DNA of 17,049 bases, from UHGV virus genome UHGV-0279031; one strand, 5' to 3'. Below, one piece after another: positions 1 to 9,702 of the stretch (positions are counted from its first letter, which is position 1; each line of letters opens with the position of its first letter). Below the pieces are notes generated by a model. That model did not search any database, was not told the DNA's origin, and saw only the letters and a list, made by a program, of their open reading frames with translations. Both the position numbers and the translations under genes were made by a program. This DNA comes from a virus.

Positions 1-123
1 GTTGAAGATCATCGGGGTAAAACGGTTTATGACGTGGCTTCCGGCGACGCGTTATTTATTTCTGAACTCGGTCCGTTACCGGAAAATGTTACCTGGTTAT
101 CGCCGGAAGGGGAGTTTCATTAG
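1..123 (+). pseudogene. tfa: Tail fibre assembly protein (Tfa) internal fragment, running off the window start and ending at TAG 121-123
   Basis: Frame 1 translates [40 protein letters not shown], which closely matches the middle of lambda Tfa as I recall it. Orientation is opposite to the tail genes. The ORF track reports a different frame (2..205) that shows no such similarity. Confidence 0.55.
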
Positions 124-172
124 TTCCGGCCAGCAGATTATAAATTTTTATGGTCCGTGGTTGTTCACTCAT
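89..172 (-). pseudogene. tfa: Tfa N-terminal fragment (first 19 codons), then unrelated sequence and a stop
   Basis: ATG at 172-170 sits 12 nt downstream of the fibre-tip ORF stop. Translation [19 protein letters not shown] matches the lambda/Rac Tfa N-terminus, then diverges (TPLPAITR*) at about 116, where the opposite-strand tfa fragment ends. Confidence 0.5.
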
Positions 173-183
173 TCTGAATGCCA

Positions 184-1110
184 TTATGCAAGCCTCACAA
201 TATAGTTAAATGCGATGTTTTTGACGGTGTTTTCCGCGTTACCAGCTGCGTTAACGGTGATGGTGTGTCCATGTGAACCAATCGCAACGGAGTGCGTATG
301 CGCACCAATACCTACAGTATGTGCGTGTGCACCTGCGCTTGCAGCAGTACCCGATACAGAGTGCGTATGAGCGCCTGCAGAAGAAGTGTTAACACTGTAT
401 TTAGAATAATCAGGTGATCCACTTCCCGGAGCACCTTTGGTGCCACCTGAAACAAATGTTATCGAATGGGTATGTGCACCGGCTGAAGCAGCCGTACCGC
501 TAACACTATGGGTATCGGACGTTGGCTGGTCATATTCATCCGCGACCGCCGGACCGTGATAACCGCACTCATCACCGCGATAGGTCCAGGTGCAGGTATT
601 AGCAAGCATGATGCGCCCCGGAAAAACAGCGCCGTCCGTTTCCGTCGGCGTGGACAGTACAAAGGAGGCACTGACCGCGCTCAGTTCGCTGCACTGCTCA
701 ATACGCCAGCGGCTGATCACCTCCTGCTCCGGATCGGCGTCACTGTTTCCGTTGACGAAGTTCACCGCATCCAGAAAACGGGCGTAAACCTTACGCCTGA
801 CCACCGTTCCGCCGACCAGACTCTGCAGGTCTTCCGCCATCCCGGTGACCATGCCGTGCAGATTAGAGACTTTCAGCGTTGGCCTTGCACTGGCACCTTT
901 GCCGTTCATCTCAAATCCACTCCCCTGAATGGGATAGGCCTGATACTGCCGACTCTGCCAGGTGACAGACTCTCCTTTCTCGTTCTGCTCATTGCAGAAA
1001 AAGTAGCGATCCCCGCCTACCTCGGTCAGGTCGATTTCCCAGAGCACCACGCTGGCCGACTGCTCCGCACGAATGCATTCATTCAGCGTTTCCTGTTGTA
1101 TGTCCTGCAT
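184..1110 (-). CDS. Chimeric tail protein: gpL-like minor tail protein (about 200 aa) fused in frame to a His-rich tail-fibre tip repeat domain
   Basis: N-terminus [33 protein letters not shown]...[12 protein letters not shown] is near-identical to lambda gpL as recalled. After ...[12 protein letters not shown] the sequence becomes GAHTHS / GAHAHT / GSHGHT repeats ending [11 protein letters not shown], typical of side tail fibre C-termini. The start overlaps the gpM-like stop (ATGA). Confidence 0.75.
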
Positions 1111-1448
1111 CAGATCACCACTTCGTCAAACTGACACGAAAAATCGGTATAGGTGATATGTTCTGTCGCTGACCACGTTCGACACACCACTCTGATTTTT
1201 CTGTTAATACCCGGCGGGCGCCAAAAAAAAGATTTATAGCCTTCATGCCGGGCTAAAAATTTTTCAAATGAATCACGTTCATTCGCCTCAACTTTGAAAT
1301 CACAGGTGAAAACGCGCAGAGAATGATTAAGTCCATTTGGACTTCGTTGCTCATAACCATCACCAAATCTTACAGTTTTTATCGATGGTTTATTTTCTGT
1401 TTTCATTCCATCCTCTGGTAACCAGTGAAATTCTTCCGTATTAGCCAC
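1110..1448 (-). CDS. M: Minor tail protein, lambda gpM-like
   Basis: 112 aa; the motif [16 protein letters not shown]...[16 protein letters not shown] resembles lambda gpM; sits between tape measure and gpL-like gene as in lambda (H-M-L). Confidence 0.75.
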
Positions 1449-4400
1449 TTAACATTCCCCCATCACGTCGCATATTTAACAGATTGCCCTGCACCCGCTG
1501 ATCAACCATCCCCATAAGTGCTTTTATTGCCTGAGGGCCAATCTCTCCATTCTGGCCGTCATTTTGAATAGTGATTTGGTATACAGGGGCATAGGTAATA
1601 TCTCCGCCTCCATTACCACTTTTACTATTAATAGCTCTGACACCAAGAGAACCATCGGAAGTTCGTGTTAATGGCATAATGGCTTCCGGTCCAGCCTCAC
1701 CAAAAACACCAGCCCCTTTTGCAAAAGCAAAAAATTGCGGGGAATCATAAATACCGTTCGAATACGTGCTCAATGACGGAGACTCATAAACACCGCCCTT
1801 TGCATTCGGAATAAATTTACTAATAGCACTCCCGATAGTTCCTAAAATCCCCCCAGAAGAACTGTTACTAATGCTGTCGATAATCCCAGTAATTGAAGCC
1901 TTTAATGCTATTCGACTAAGATCCGAAATCACGGAAGTAGCGAAAGAACGAAAATTTGCCTTGCCTGTCGTGACAAAATCACCCAGCGCATCGGTCATCC
2001 CATCAAACATCTGAGTCGTGGTTGATTTTATCTGCTCACTGATATCCTTAGTGTCATCCAGCCAGTTATTGAATCCCTGGGAGGCACCACTAACCCAGTC
2101 TCCTGCCTGAATATCGAGCTGCTCGTTTTTCTGTCTGACAATTTCTTTTTCCCGTTCCAGAGCATCATTCAGAGCCTGCATTTTCTCTTGAAAAACATGA
2201 TCTGACATTCCACGGGATTTATCTGCATAGTCACGTTCAAGTTGCAGACGCTGATTGTTATATCCATGTTCAATCCGCAGTAATTCCTGCTGGCGTTGCT
2301 GATTTTTATCGCCAACCCCATAACCAGCAATCTGAATATCATACCCCTGCTGACGATTATCAATCGAAGCCTGCAATGAATCACGCCATGCTGTTATTTC
2401 GGCGGATTCCTTGATTAGCCTGTTATTTTTTTCAATCGCAACATTTTTCTCCATCAACGTGGTTATTTCTTCCCGGTGTAAGAGAAGCGATTTCTGATCC
2501 TGGGTTAATTTCGATGATGGTCGTGACTCTAGGTCGGCAATCCGCTGACGCCACTTAACCAGTTCCTGTTCAGAGGAACTTAATTTAACGGTCAACTCAG
2601 CTTGTGAACTTAGTAACGCATTCTGTTGATTCAGATGATCAATCATTCGTTGGGCTGCATCATCAGAATAACCTTTCGCCTTTGGTTGCTTTGGATCTTT
2701 ATAACGCTCATTTATTTGAGCGATAAGATTATTATATTCTTCCTTTGAATACTGATTCTTTAGCTTTTCCAGTTTTGCAAGTTCACTAGCTCTCTGCTGC
2801 TCCCGGGTCTGATATTGTTTTGAAAAGGCATCTGCTCTCTGTCTGAGTTCAATTCCTTCCTGTTGTCGCTTGTTGTAATCGTTTATTGATGAATTTAGTA
2901 CGTCCTGAGCAATTTTTTCTGCTTGAAGTACGCCCAATTGCTGCTTTAATCGTGCCAGCCTTTTATTTTGAGCTCCGCCATCTCCAATGCCACCTAACCC
3001 GAAAACTCCGGGTCGGGTATTTTTTTCTATTTCATCAATTTGACGGAGAACATCTGAGATTTTTTGATCAAGGGAGGCCTCACGGCCAATATCCAGCATG
3101 GAATCCCATGCCCATTTTGCGGAGTCTGCGACAGCTTTCCATGCAGTCTCAAGATAACCAAGATTTTCTTTAATCTGGTTGGTGCGCTGGATCATTGAGG
3201 ATGAGTATTCTTCTGTCGCAATGCGGGCGGCCTCCTGCTGGTTCCCTTCATCCTGTAGCGCCTTAATCTGGTTATAAGTCGCAAGTGTCAGAAAATGGTA
3301 CTGATCATTAAGTTTTGATATGGCACTGACAGGATCCTTTGCAATTTCATTGAAGTCATTAACCAGTTGTTCGGTTGATATTCCTGTTACTTCGCTCGTT
3401 TTTACTATCGCTGTCGTCACTTGCTCCAGCGAACTGCTCGCTACCTTTCCCGAACGCACAAGCTGATTTAATACTGCCGCCGCAGCACCAGTTGTCGAAT
3501 CAGCCGCATTCCCGGCACGTTGAGCTATATCGCCCAATTGCCCGCTGGTTGTCCCCAACTGATTTCCGGTAAGAATAAGAGATTTATTAAATTCGTCCTG
3601 CTCCTGAGAGCCTTTATAGTAAGCCAGTCCTAAGACCCCAACGGCTGCTGCGGCCAGGGTAAAAGGATTAATTAATCCCAGCACATAAGAACCTACACCT
3701 TTGATCGCCGGGCCAATCCCACCGAACATATCTTTTAGCTGGCCGCCCTGCTGCATTAACACCATAAATGGCGACTGACCAGTGGACAACCCAACAACAA
3801 TATCCGTCATTTGTGCAGGCAACATGCGCATAGCAAAAGCCGTTTGTTTTGCCGACATTCCGGTTTTGCTTAATTGTGATTGAGTAACCTCAAGCTCACT
3901 CCGCATAGCACGAAGTTTTCCAGAAAGCTCCTCATACATTTCAGGAGAAAGCATCCCCTTAGCTTTTGCTTCATTGAGCTGTTTCTGTTGTTCTACCAGA
4001 CGATTAAAAGCAGTTCCGACAGGATCAAGTTGAGCAATCAGACGTTGCAAAGCAACAACCTGTTCATCATGCGCTTTTGCTGCTTCTCGCTCTGCCTGAG
4101 CCTCTCCGGTAAGCTCTCGCCGTGTTTCCTGTATTTTTCGGCTATAATTCTCAAACTGAGAACCATTTATTTTCCCGGATGCAAACGCAGCATTAAGTTC
4201 ATCATGCTGTTGTTCAAGATTTCTTAGCGCCGCAGCCAGAGGGTCGATCTTGTCCAGCATTCTTTGAAAGGCCTGAGCCTGCGCTTCCTGCTGGGCGGCA
4301 GCAAGTTTTCCGGCCTTCTCGGCTTCTCTCTGCGCTTGCGCAACCCCGCTCAATTCCTCTGTGGTTTCATTAAGTTTACGGACAAGAAATTCATATTCTT

Positions 4401-4674
4401 CTTTATCAATAAGCCCTTTATCGAAAAATTTCTTTAATTCAGAATAGCGTCGACCGACAGTATCAATTGCGGCACCAACTGGATCAATAGCTGCTTTTAA
4501 TTTTGCGAGCGCGTTCTTCTCATCTTCTGTTGCCTTAGTCACTTTCCCTGCGCTATTTGCAGCAGTTTCCCCAGCCTGCGTCATTTTGACTAATGAGGAG
4601 GTCAGATTGTCAGCATTATTTTTCGCTCCAGTGCTATCAATAATTATTGCGAGACGCGAGGTTTGCTCTGCCAT
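1441..4674 (-). CDS. Tail tape measure protein
   Basis: 1077 aa; long coiled-coil-rich N-terminal part, central hydrophobic Gly-rich segment ([42 protein letters not shown]), position immediately upstream of gpM/gpL. AGGAG Shine-Dalgarno 10 nt upstream of the ATG. Confidence 0.85.
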
Positions 4675-4689
4675 TTATTAAAACTCCTG

Positions 4690-4719
4690 ACAACAAAAAA
4701 CCCACCGCGAAGTGGGTTT
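4690..4719 (-). terminator. Intrinsic-terminator-like hairpin between the GT chaperone and the tape measure gene
   Basis: Minus-strand RNA: AAACCCAC-UUCGCG-GUGGGUUU (8-bp stem, 6-nt loop) followed by UUUGUUGU. It ends about 18 nt before the tape measure start codon. Confidence 0.4.
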
Positions 4720-4839
4720 CAGGCGACATAATAGTAGATATAGCGATTACGAGGCCACGCAATGCTTTTCTCCAGGAGCATCATCGATTTAATTAAAGAC
4801 ACCATCACATCTCTGTAACAGAGTGTACGTAATTAACAA

Positions 4840-5609
4840 CTACACACACTGCTCCTGAAAATACTGGTCATCCAGTGCAAAGATCACTGCTTCAAATTCA
4901 TCGCGCTCAATCAATACCGGATGAGTGGCTAAATATTCATTTATCTCTGTCAGAGATAAAGGCAAAGGCACCCCAGCCATTCCAGCATAACGTCGGGCAC
5001 GGGATATTACCGAATAGGCGTACAACAACTCCTTAAGCACCGGGTCTATTTCTGGTTCCGGTATCGGTGGCAACCTGAGTTTTTCTCGCTTCCATCTTGC
5101 CTTTTCCCCCCTTTCTCCCCCGAACTCCGATAACCACCGCTGGGCAGCTATGGCTTTTTTATCGTATCCTGCTTCTGCTGCTCTTTACCCTGGGCGATGC
5201 TGGCTGCTTCTGCAAGGATCTGCCAGTACAACTCTGGATTCTGCTTAAGCAGCGCGATCCCTCGTTCTGCCGTATATTCCAGTGCAACCTCAACACCATT
5301 AACCAGTTCACCAACCCCTTTCCAGTCTTTCAGCAGATAACGAGCGGCATTATCAATGAGTAAATCATCAACAGAATCCACCTCGGAAACCTTTGAAATA
5401 TCAAACTCCTTCGTTCCGACGTGCAAACTGGCATCCATTTTCTCAATGTGGCGACGGATTAATGCATTACGGGAGCGATACTGATCGTTATCGCTGCTTG
5501 CCACCAACAGTTTTAACCCGTCTACAGGTTTTAAGTCCTTCATTGGCGTAAACCAGCGTTCTCCACCAATGATAATTTTCTGATTAAGAATAAACATCCA
5601 TAACCTCAT
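4840..5609 (-). CDS. Tail assembly chaperone GT-like fusion product made by programmed -1 frameshift
   Basis: The -1 frame from the slip site is open with no stops and joins the 77-aa ORF 4840..5073 (…GEKGGKGKMEAREKLRLPPIPEPEID…). This is the same arrangement as lambda G/GT. Confidence 0.6.
5148..5609 (-). CDS. Tail assembly chaperone, gpG-like
   Basis: 153-aa ORF immediately upstream of the tape measure module; ends in the slippery heptamer A_AAA_AAG followed directly by TAG. Start could instead be the ATG at 5597 (GAGG 6 nt upstream). Confidence 0.65.
   Translation of the reverse strand: MRLWMFILNQKIIIGGERWFTPMKDLKPVDGLKLLVASSDNDQYRSRNALIRRHIEKMDASLHVGTKEFDISKVSEVDSVDDLLIDNAARYLLKDWKGVGELVNGVEVALEYTAERGIALLKQNPELYWQILAEAASIAQGKEQQKQDTIKKP
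5154..5160 (-). other. Programmed -1 ribosomal frameshift slippery heptamer A_AAA_AAG
   Basis: Minus-strand sequence GAT ACG ATA AAA AAG CCA TAG: a canonical X_XXY_YYZ heptamer positioned two codons before the gpG-like stop. Confidence 0.6.
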
Positions 5610-5657
5610 TCAATGCGTCCCCCTGTAGGGCAGTACCACAGGAGGAATAACGGAAAA

Positions 5658-6231
5658 TCAACTAATCGCCTCAGCACTGGCTTTTGCGATCACGGCAGCC
5701 GGGGAATTTTTTTTTCTGGTTATCGTAGGTGCTTCATCTGCTGCGGTAACCTGACGAGCCAGAGCAGCATCAGAAAGATCATCTTTAACACCAAACGGCG
5801 TTGTCCCTGCGGTTCCCACGGCGCGGGAAGCACCGAAATACAACGCACCAAGATCAGCCTCAACCTCGTTTGCAAGGGCGCGAAAAGCCTGCTTGAACTG
5901 ATCAGCCAGAATGGTGTTGTAAGTCCCTGAAGGGCCAAGAGCCAGTTGTTCTTCACCATTCCATTTAACCGGTGCCATTTTGGATTTAGTAATTTTTACA
6001 TCAACAGTGCCAATATTTTGATCACCGGTATTCGGAGCTGACGGCCCCGGTACGATATCTTCGGTTTTCGCCTCAGGCGCAACTGGCGCGGTTACCGTCT
6101 GATCTTTTGCTGCGGCGTCAGCTTTTGCGTTTTTTGCTACCGCAGGGATAAAACCTACCTGCTCACGGGATACAACATCCAGGGCGGTATAAATAGTCGG
6201 GATCAACCCGGTCAGGGTATTTCCAGCCATA
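5658..6231 (-). CDS. Hypothetical phage structural protein (191 aa) in the slot between scaffold and tail chaperone
   Basis: ORF with AAGGA Shine-Dalgarno 10 nt upstream of the ATG at 6231 (MAGNTLTGLIPTIYTALDVVSRE...). The ORF-track start at 6323 is less likely. No family recognised; too short for an HK97-fold capsid protein, compatible in size with a tail tube protein. Confidence 0.3.
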
Positions 6232-6328
6232 ATTAAATATTCCTTAAAAATTTGCGTAATTGTGAATAGATGGAGTAATGAGCTATCCAGCCCTGACACC
6301 AGCTCCCATCCGGAAGCTGACAAATGTG

Positions 6329-7093
6329 TTAATCAACGATTGTGATACCGTCTTTCAATGCGTTTTGCTTACCTGCAACATCCAGTGCATCAAAAGCAGA
6401 GCGTTTCATCGTTTTCTGACCAATATCATGCTGTGTCGGACGGGAGCCGCCGCCATTGTTGCCACTGGCTTTCAGGATGTAGTCTTTCTGAGGGTAATTT
6501 TCGACAAGGAACTCCAGCGCCTCATCAAACTGCGCCAGTTCGCCAGGCTTCGCGCGGGAATAAATTTTGTTGCCGGAAGCGTCATAAGCAACGATCCTCC
6601 CTTCTTCCACTTTGAATGCCTGCCCGAAGCGGGCTTGTAATAAATCTGCCGGGATCGCAATTTTATCGGCAATATATTTTGAACCCGCAAAACTACCGCC
6701 AATCATAGAATCGTAAAGCTGCTTCTCCAGCATCTGAGAGCGTTGCTTTTCTTCATCTAATTGCTGCTGAAAATTTTTCGTAATTTCTGCCTTAACCTGG
6801 TCAACCTGTCCCGCATCGAGCAGCTTTTTCTGGTCGATTTTTGACAGCATTTCCAGTGCCTCGATCGCCTTCTTCGGGTCTTCGATAGCGGCAAACTTAG
6901 CCAGTTTTTCCTCTGCAGCTTCTTTAGCCAGGCGATGATTTTTTGCCTCGCCATTAAGCTCTGTAATTTTTTTTGTCGCCAGCGGTGCATCGAAGCCAAT
7001 TTCTTTACCATCGTCGTGCACATAAACTGGCAGGCCAGCAGTATCAATTTCTGCGTATTGTTTTCCGTTAATCTCGACCGTTTTCAGTTTCAT
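6329..7093 (-). CDS. Probable head scaffolding protein
   Basis: Start MKLKTVEINGKQYAEID; long charged helical, probably coiled-coil, middle section (AKEAAEEKLAKFAAIEDPKKAIEALEMLSKIDQKK...QQQLDEEKQRSQMLEKQL); follows the portal and MuF-like genes. The upstream extension in the ORF track (7094..7165) overlaps a terminator-like hairpin and was trimmed. Confidence 0.45.
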   Translation of the reverse strand: MKLKTVEINGKQYAEIDTAGLPVYVHDDGKEIGFDAPLATKKITELNGEAKNHRLAKEAAEEKLAKFAAIEDPKKAIEALEMLSKIDQKKLLDAGQVDQVKAEITKNFQQQLDEEKQRSQMLEKQLYDSMIGGSFAGSKYIADKIAIPADLLQARFGQAFKVEEGRIVAYDASGNKIYSRAKPGELAQFDEALEFLVENYPQKDYILKASGNNGGGSRPTQHDIGQKTMKRSAFDALDVAGKQNALKDGITIVD

Positions 7094-7150
7094 ATTAGTA
7101 CCTGGTTTAAGTCTTCCGACAGTTACGCTGCTCACCATCCGGATCGCAGC

Positions 7151-7177
7151 AATAAAAAAGGCCACCCGAAGGTAGCC
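7151..7177 (-). terminator. Terminator-like hairpin in the MuF-like/scaffold intergenic region
   Basis: Minus-strand RNA GGCUACC-UUCG-GGUGGCC (7-bp stem with one G-U pair, tetraloop) followed by UUUUUUAUU. Confidence 0.35.
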
Positions 7178-7197
7178 TGTTGTAATAAATGATTTAT

Positions 7198-8313
7198 TTA
7201 AATCCCTGCTTTTCTGAATACCTGTGCATCACGCTCACGGAGCTGCTTCAGCGTCAGCCATTCGCCTTTATCGGTGTAAAATTCATCTGGCGACATACCA
7301 CCATCCCGAATCAGCTTTGCTCGGCTTTCCCCCACAATCTGTTTTTGTCTGGTGTAAGGCTGACGCAAAAACCATTCCCTGTAGGTTGTATCTCCGGCCA
7401 CCACGCCATCCATGCTGGCCCGCTCAGCCGGGGAAATATCGCGAACATCAATACCCAGTTCCTTCGCTGATTTCAGAATGAACGTTTCCGTTGAGCGGCA
7501 GCAGAAATGAATTTTTCCCGGCCCCTGCAAATAAGGCACGCTGTGACCTACAGGTTTATTATTCAGCGTATATTTGAGGCGATCCCTGATTCGACATTGT
7601 GGCGTAGTACGATTATCAAGCGTTGATAACCATTGCTTACCCTTAATCAAATCATTATTCGCGCTGGCAAAACTCTCACGGGCAGTAGCAGCAAGATGTC
7701 CAACCGCTGTTTTTGCAATGCTGGCCGCATTAGCCCGGCTCATCTGCAATGCACCATCCTGAAATCCCTTACTGACATGTCCCCGAATTTTTCTTGCGAT
7801 CTGCTCATTGGTATCCCCCAGCAAAAAACCCTGACGCACTGTATTTGTTATGCGTCTGAGCCGATCCGCCTCAAGATCTGAGGTCCACTCACTGAGCAGT
7901 CGTCCCTGGAATGGTCGCGCCATTGCAGCGGCATAAAGTGCATCAGGAGAGATACCAACCAGAGGGTGAACATCAGCAACAAAATCAGGTAGCATAGAAT
8001 CAAACAGACTTAACTGATAACCAGCCTCATAAATTGCCAGCTCGTTCAGCTCTCCGGAGAGACTGGTAAACATGCTGTTAATAGCAGTGCGGTTAACCTC
8101 TCTGACGCTCGCCAGAAGTGACTCCAGGCGCTTAACGGTAAAACTACCTGGATCGAGGCTGTCCAGTGCTATCAGCAGGCGAGCAGTAAGTTCCGCATCG
8201 CTGTCATTCAGTATTTTCACCATTCTGGCAGCCACGCCAGTGCTATAGCGGGATATCCAGACTGCATGAGCAATTGATTCATCACGCAGCCGTTCATTCA
8301 CGGTTTGCATCAT
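7198..8313 (-). CDS. Head morphogenesis protein, phage Mu F-like / SPP1 gp7-like minor head protein
   Basis: 371 aa directly downstream of the portal gene; contains a ...GKIHFCCRST... segment resembling the conserved His/CRC motif of MuF-domain proteins. Confidence 0.5.
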   Translation of the reverse strand: MMQTVNERLRDESIAHAVWISRYSTGVAARMVKILNDSDAELTARLLIALDSLDPGSFTVKRLESLLASVREVNRTAINSMFTSLSGELNELAIYEAGYQLSLFDSMLPDFVADVHPLVGISPDALYAAAMARPFQGRLLSEWTSDLEADRLRRITNTVRQGFLLGDTNEQIARKIRGHVSKGFQDGALQMSRANAASIAKTAVGHLAATARESFASANNDLIKGKQWLSTLDNRTTPQCRIRDRLKYTLNNKPVGHSVPYLQGPGKIHFCCRSTETFILKSAKELGIDVRDISPAERASMDGVVAGDTTYREWFLRQPYTRQKQIVGESRAKLIRDGGMSPDEFYTDKGEWLTLKQLRERDAQVFRKAGI

Positions 8314-9700
8314 TGATTTCCATCAGCATTACACTCTGATTTTTTAATTCATCGATCACTTCCTCTGGACGGGAATCCTGATCGATAAATTTCAACGCCT
8401 GCAACACCCGAACCGCATCAATCTGACGTATATCACCGCCCTGACGCAATGACTGAACAGCCAGCGCGGAGGATGAGTCAAACACCTGGGCAGATACATC
8501 CAGTTCAGTGCGCACATCCACATTGCCACCGCAACTCTCTCCGATCCATTCCGCCATTATCTGGAGAATATTATCGAGGGCATCTTCGAGGGAGTTCGCC
8601 ATTGTATAAAGCGGCGAGTTTTCCTGCATTCGCTCTTCATTAGTCTGATCAACAGATTTGGTGGATGTATTTTCAGCACGCAGAAGTTTAGCGCCGGCAT
8701 GACGCATCTGATTTTCCAGCTTCTCAAGTGATGTTTCGCCAGATTCTATCGCTGCGCCACTATGTTCAACATATTCGAGGCCATTTTTTGTTCTGTCCTC
8801 AAAAATCGTAGCGGTGGATGCACCAACCGTCAGTTCTTCATTCCTGTCCAGCCCGTAGGCCACCAGCAATGGAACGCGGGCAACATGAAGAATATTGTCC
8901 TGCTCGCTCTGGCTTTGCCAGTGCTTGATATTCAGCAAGCCAAGATTAAGCAATGGCGGTGTACCACGCATAAATCCTGTTTTCTTCGTGTACAGTGTTA
9001 CCAGAGGAATATCATCACGGCTGGTATTCCATGACTCATGAAGCGTCCAGACAGATTCGCCATTAGTGCCTTCGCTACGTCGATAAATTTCAACTCGACG
9101 GGGCATAATATGGCGGATCTGCTCCACCTTCTTCTGCCCGAAATCATCACCATCAATAATGATGACCTCTTTTATACGCAAATCAGTGAGAACAACTTTC
9201 CCTTTTTCAACTTTCGATTTCCATCCAATAACCTGGCGTGGATTCAGCATCGTAACGTACGGACGACCACCGGTCGCGTTTTCATCGGCTTTTGTCCGAA
9301 TCTCTTTCATATCCGTTCGTGGATAGTCCACCAGCGCATGTGCCACACCATACTGAAATGCGAGGCTGAAAAATTGCTGTGCCCACACATCCAGTCGGCT
9401 CCCCTCCATGTCGATATTTTCTGCATATTCCCTGATTTTTGCCGGCGTTTCCTCACTCAATACTGTCGGCTCTGCAAATATGCGCCCAATATTTTGCTTG
9501 ATGCTTTCTTCATACACAGGAAGTAGCGTAGCCACAGACAGGCGTTTTTTATAAGCGTCTTCATCTTCGTTAGGCCATTTTGGGAGATAATTTTCCCCCT
9601 GCCTGCGCATTTCAAGCGTACCGCCCATCAGTGCGTCGTTAATATCCCACGCCTCCAGCATATCGTTATAGTCGAGGTTGGGTGTTGATATATCAGCCAT
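8294..9700 (-). CDS. Portal protein
   Basis: 468 aa, acidic; lies between the terminase large subunit and the MuF-like gene, the canonical portal position. No motif-level confirmation possible by eye. Confidence 0.6.
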   Translation of the reverse strand: MADISTPNLDYNDMLEAWDINDALMGGTLEMRRQGENYLPKWPNEDEDAYKKRLSVATLLPVYEESIKQNIGRIFAEPTVLSEETPAKIREYAENIDMEGSRLDVWAQQFFSLAFQYGVAHALVDYPRTDMKEIRTKADENATGGRPYVTMLNPRQVIGWKSKVEKGKVVLTDLRIKEVIIIDGDDFGQKKVEQIRHIMPRRVEIYRRSEGTNGESVWTLHESWNTSRDDIPLVTLYTKKTGFMRGTPPLLNLGLLNIKHWQSQSEQDNILHVARVPLLVAYGLDRNEELTVGASTATIFEDRTKNGLEYVEHSGAAIESGETSLEKLENQMRHAGAKLLRAENTSTKSVDQTNEERMQENSPLYTMANSLEDALDNILQIMAEWIGESCGGNVDVRTELDVSAQVFDSSSALAVQSLRQGGDIRQIDAVRVLQALKFIDQDSRPEEVIDELKNQSVMLMEINDANRE

Positions 9701-9702
9701 AA

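Noticed and set aside
96-130. Possible gix/pix-type invertase crossover site at the tfa junction
   Set aside because: Compared by eye with the gix/hix consensus (TTATCnnAAACC...GGTTTnnGATAA) only about half the positions match; reported only as a short inverted repeat within the tfa finding.
508-1134. 208-aa plus-strand ORF (and 459..671, 590..787) overlapping the gpL/fibre chimera
   Set aside because: Antisense shadow ORFs within a well-supported minus-strand gene; no homology signal and no RBS context.
2886-4227. Plus-strand ORFs 2886..3173, 3375..3572, 3880..4227 and minus-strand 2169..2384 inside the tape measure gene
   Set aside because: Low-complexity shadow ORFs on the opposite strand or alternate frame of a 1077-aa gene with clear identity.
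7094-7165. N-terminal extension of the scaffold ORF (MAFFIAAIRMVSSVTVGRLKPGTN)
   Set aside because: The extension spans the terminator-like hairpin and lacks an RBS; the internal start MKLK at 7093 is more plausible.
9038-9526. 162-aa plus-strand ORF antisense to the portal gene (also 8449..8643, 8762..9034)
   Set aside because: Entirely within the portal coding region on the opposite strand; Cys/His-rich junk composition.
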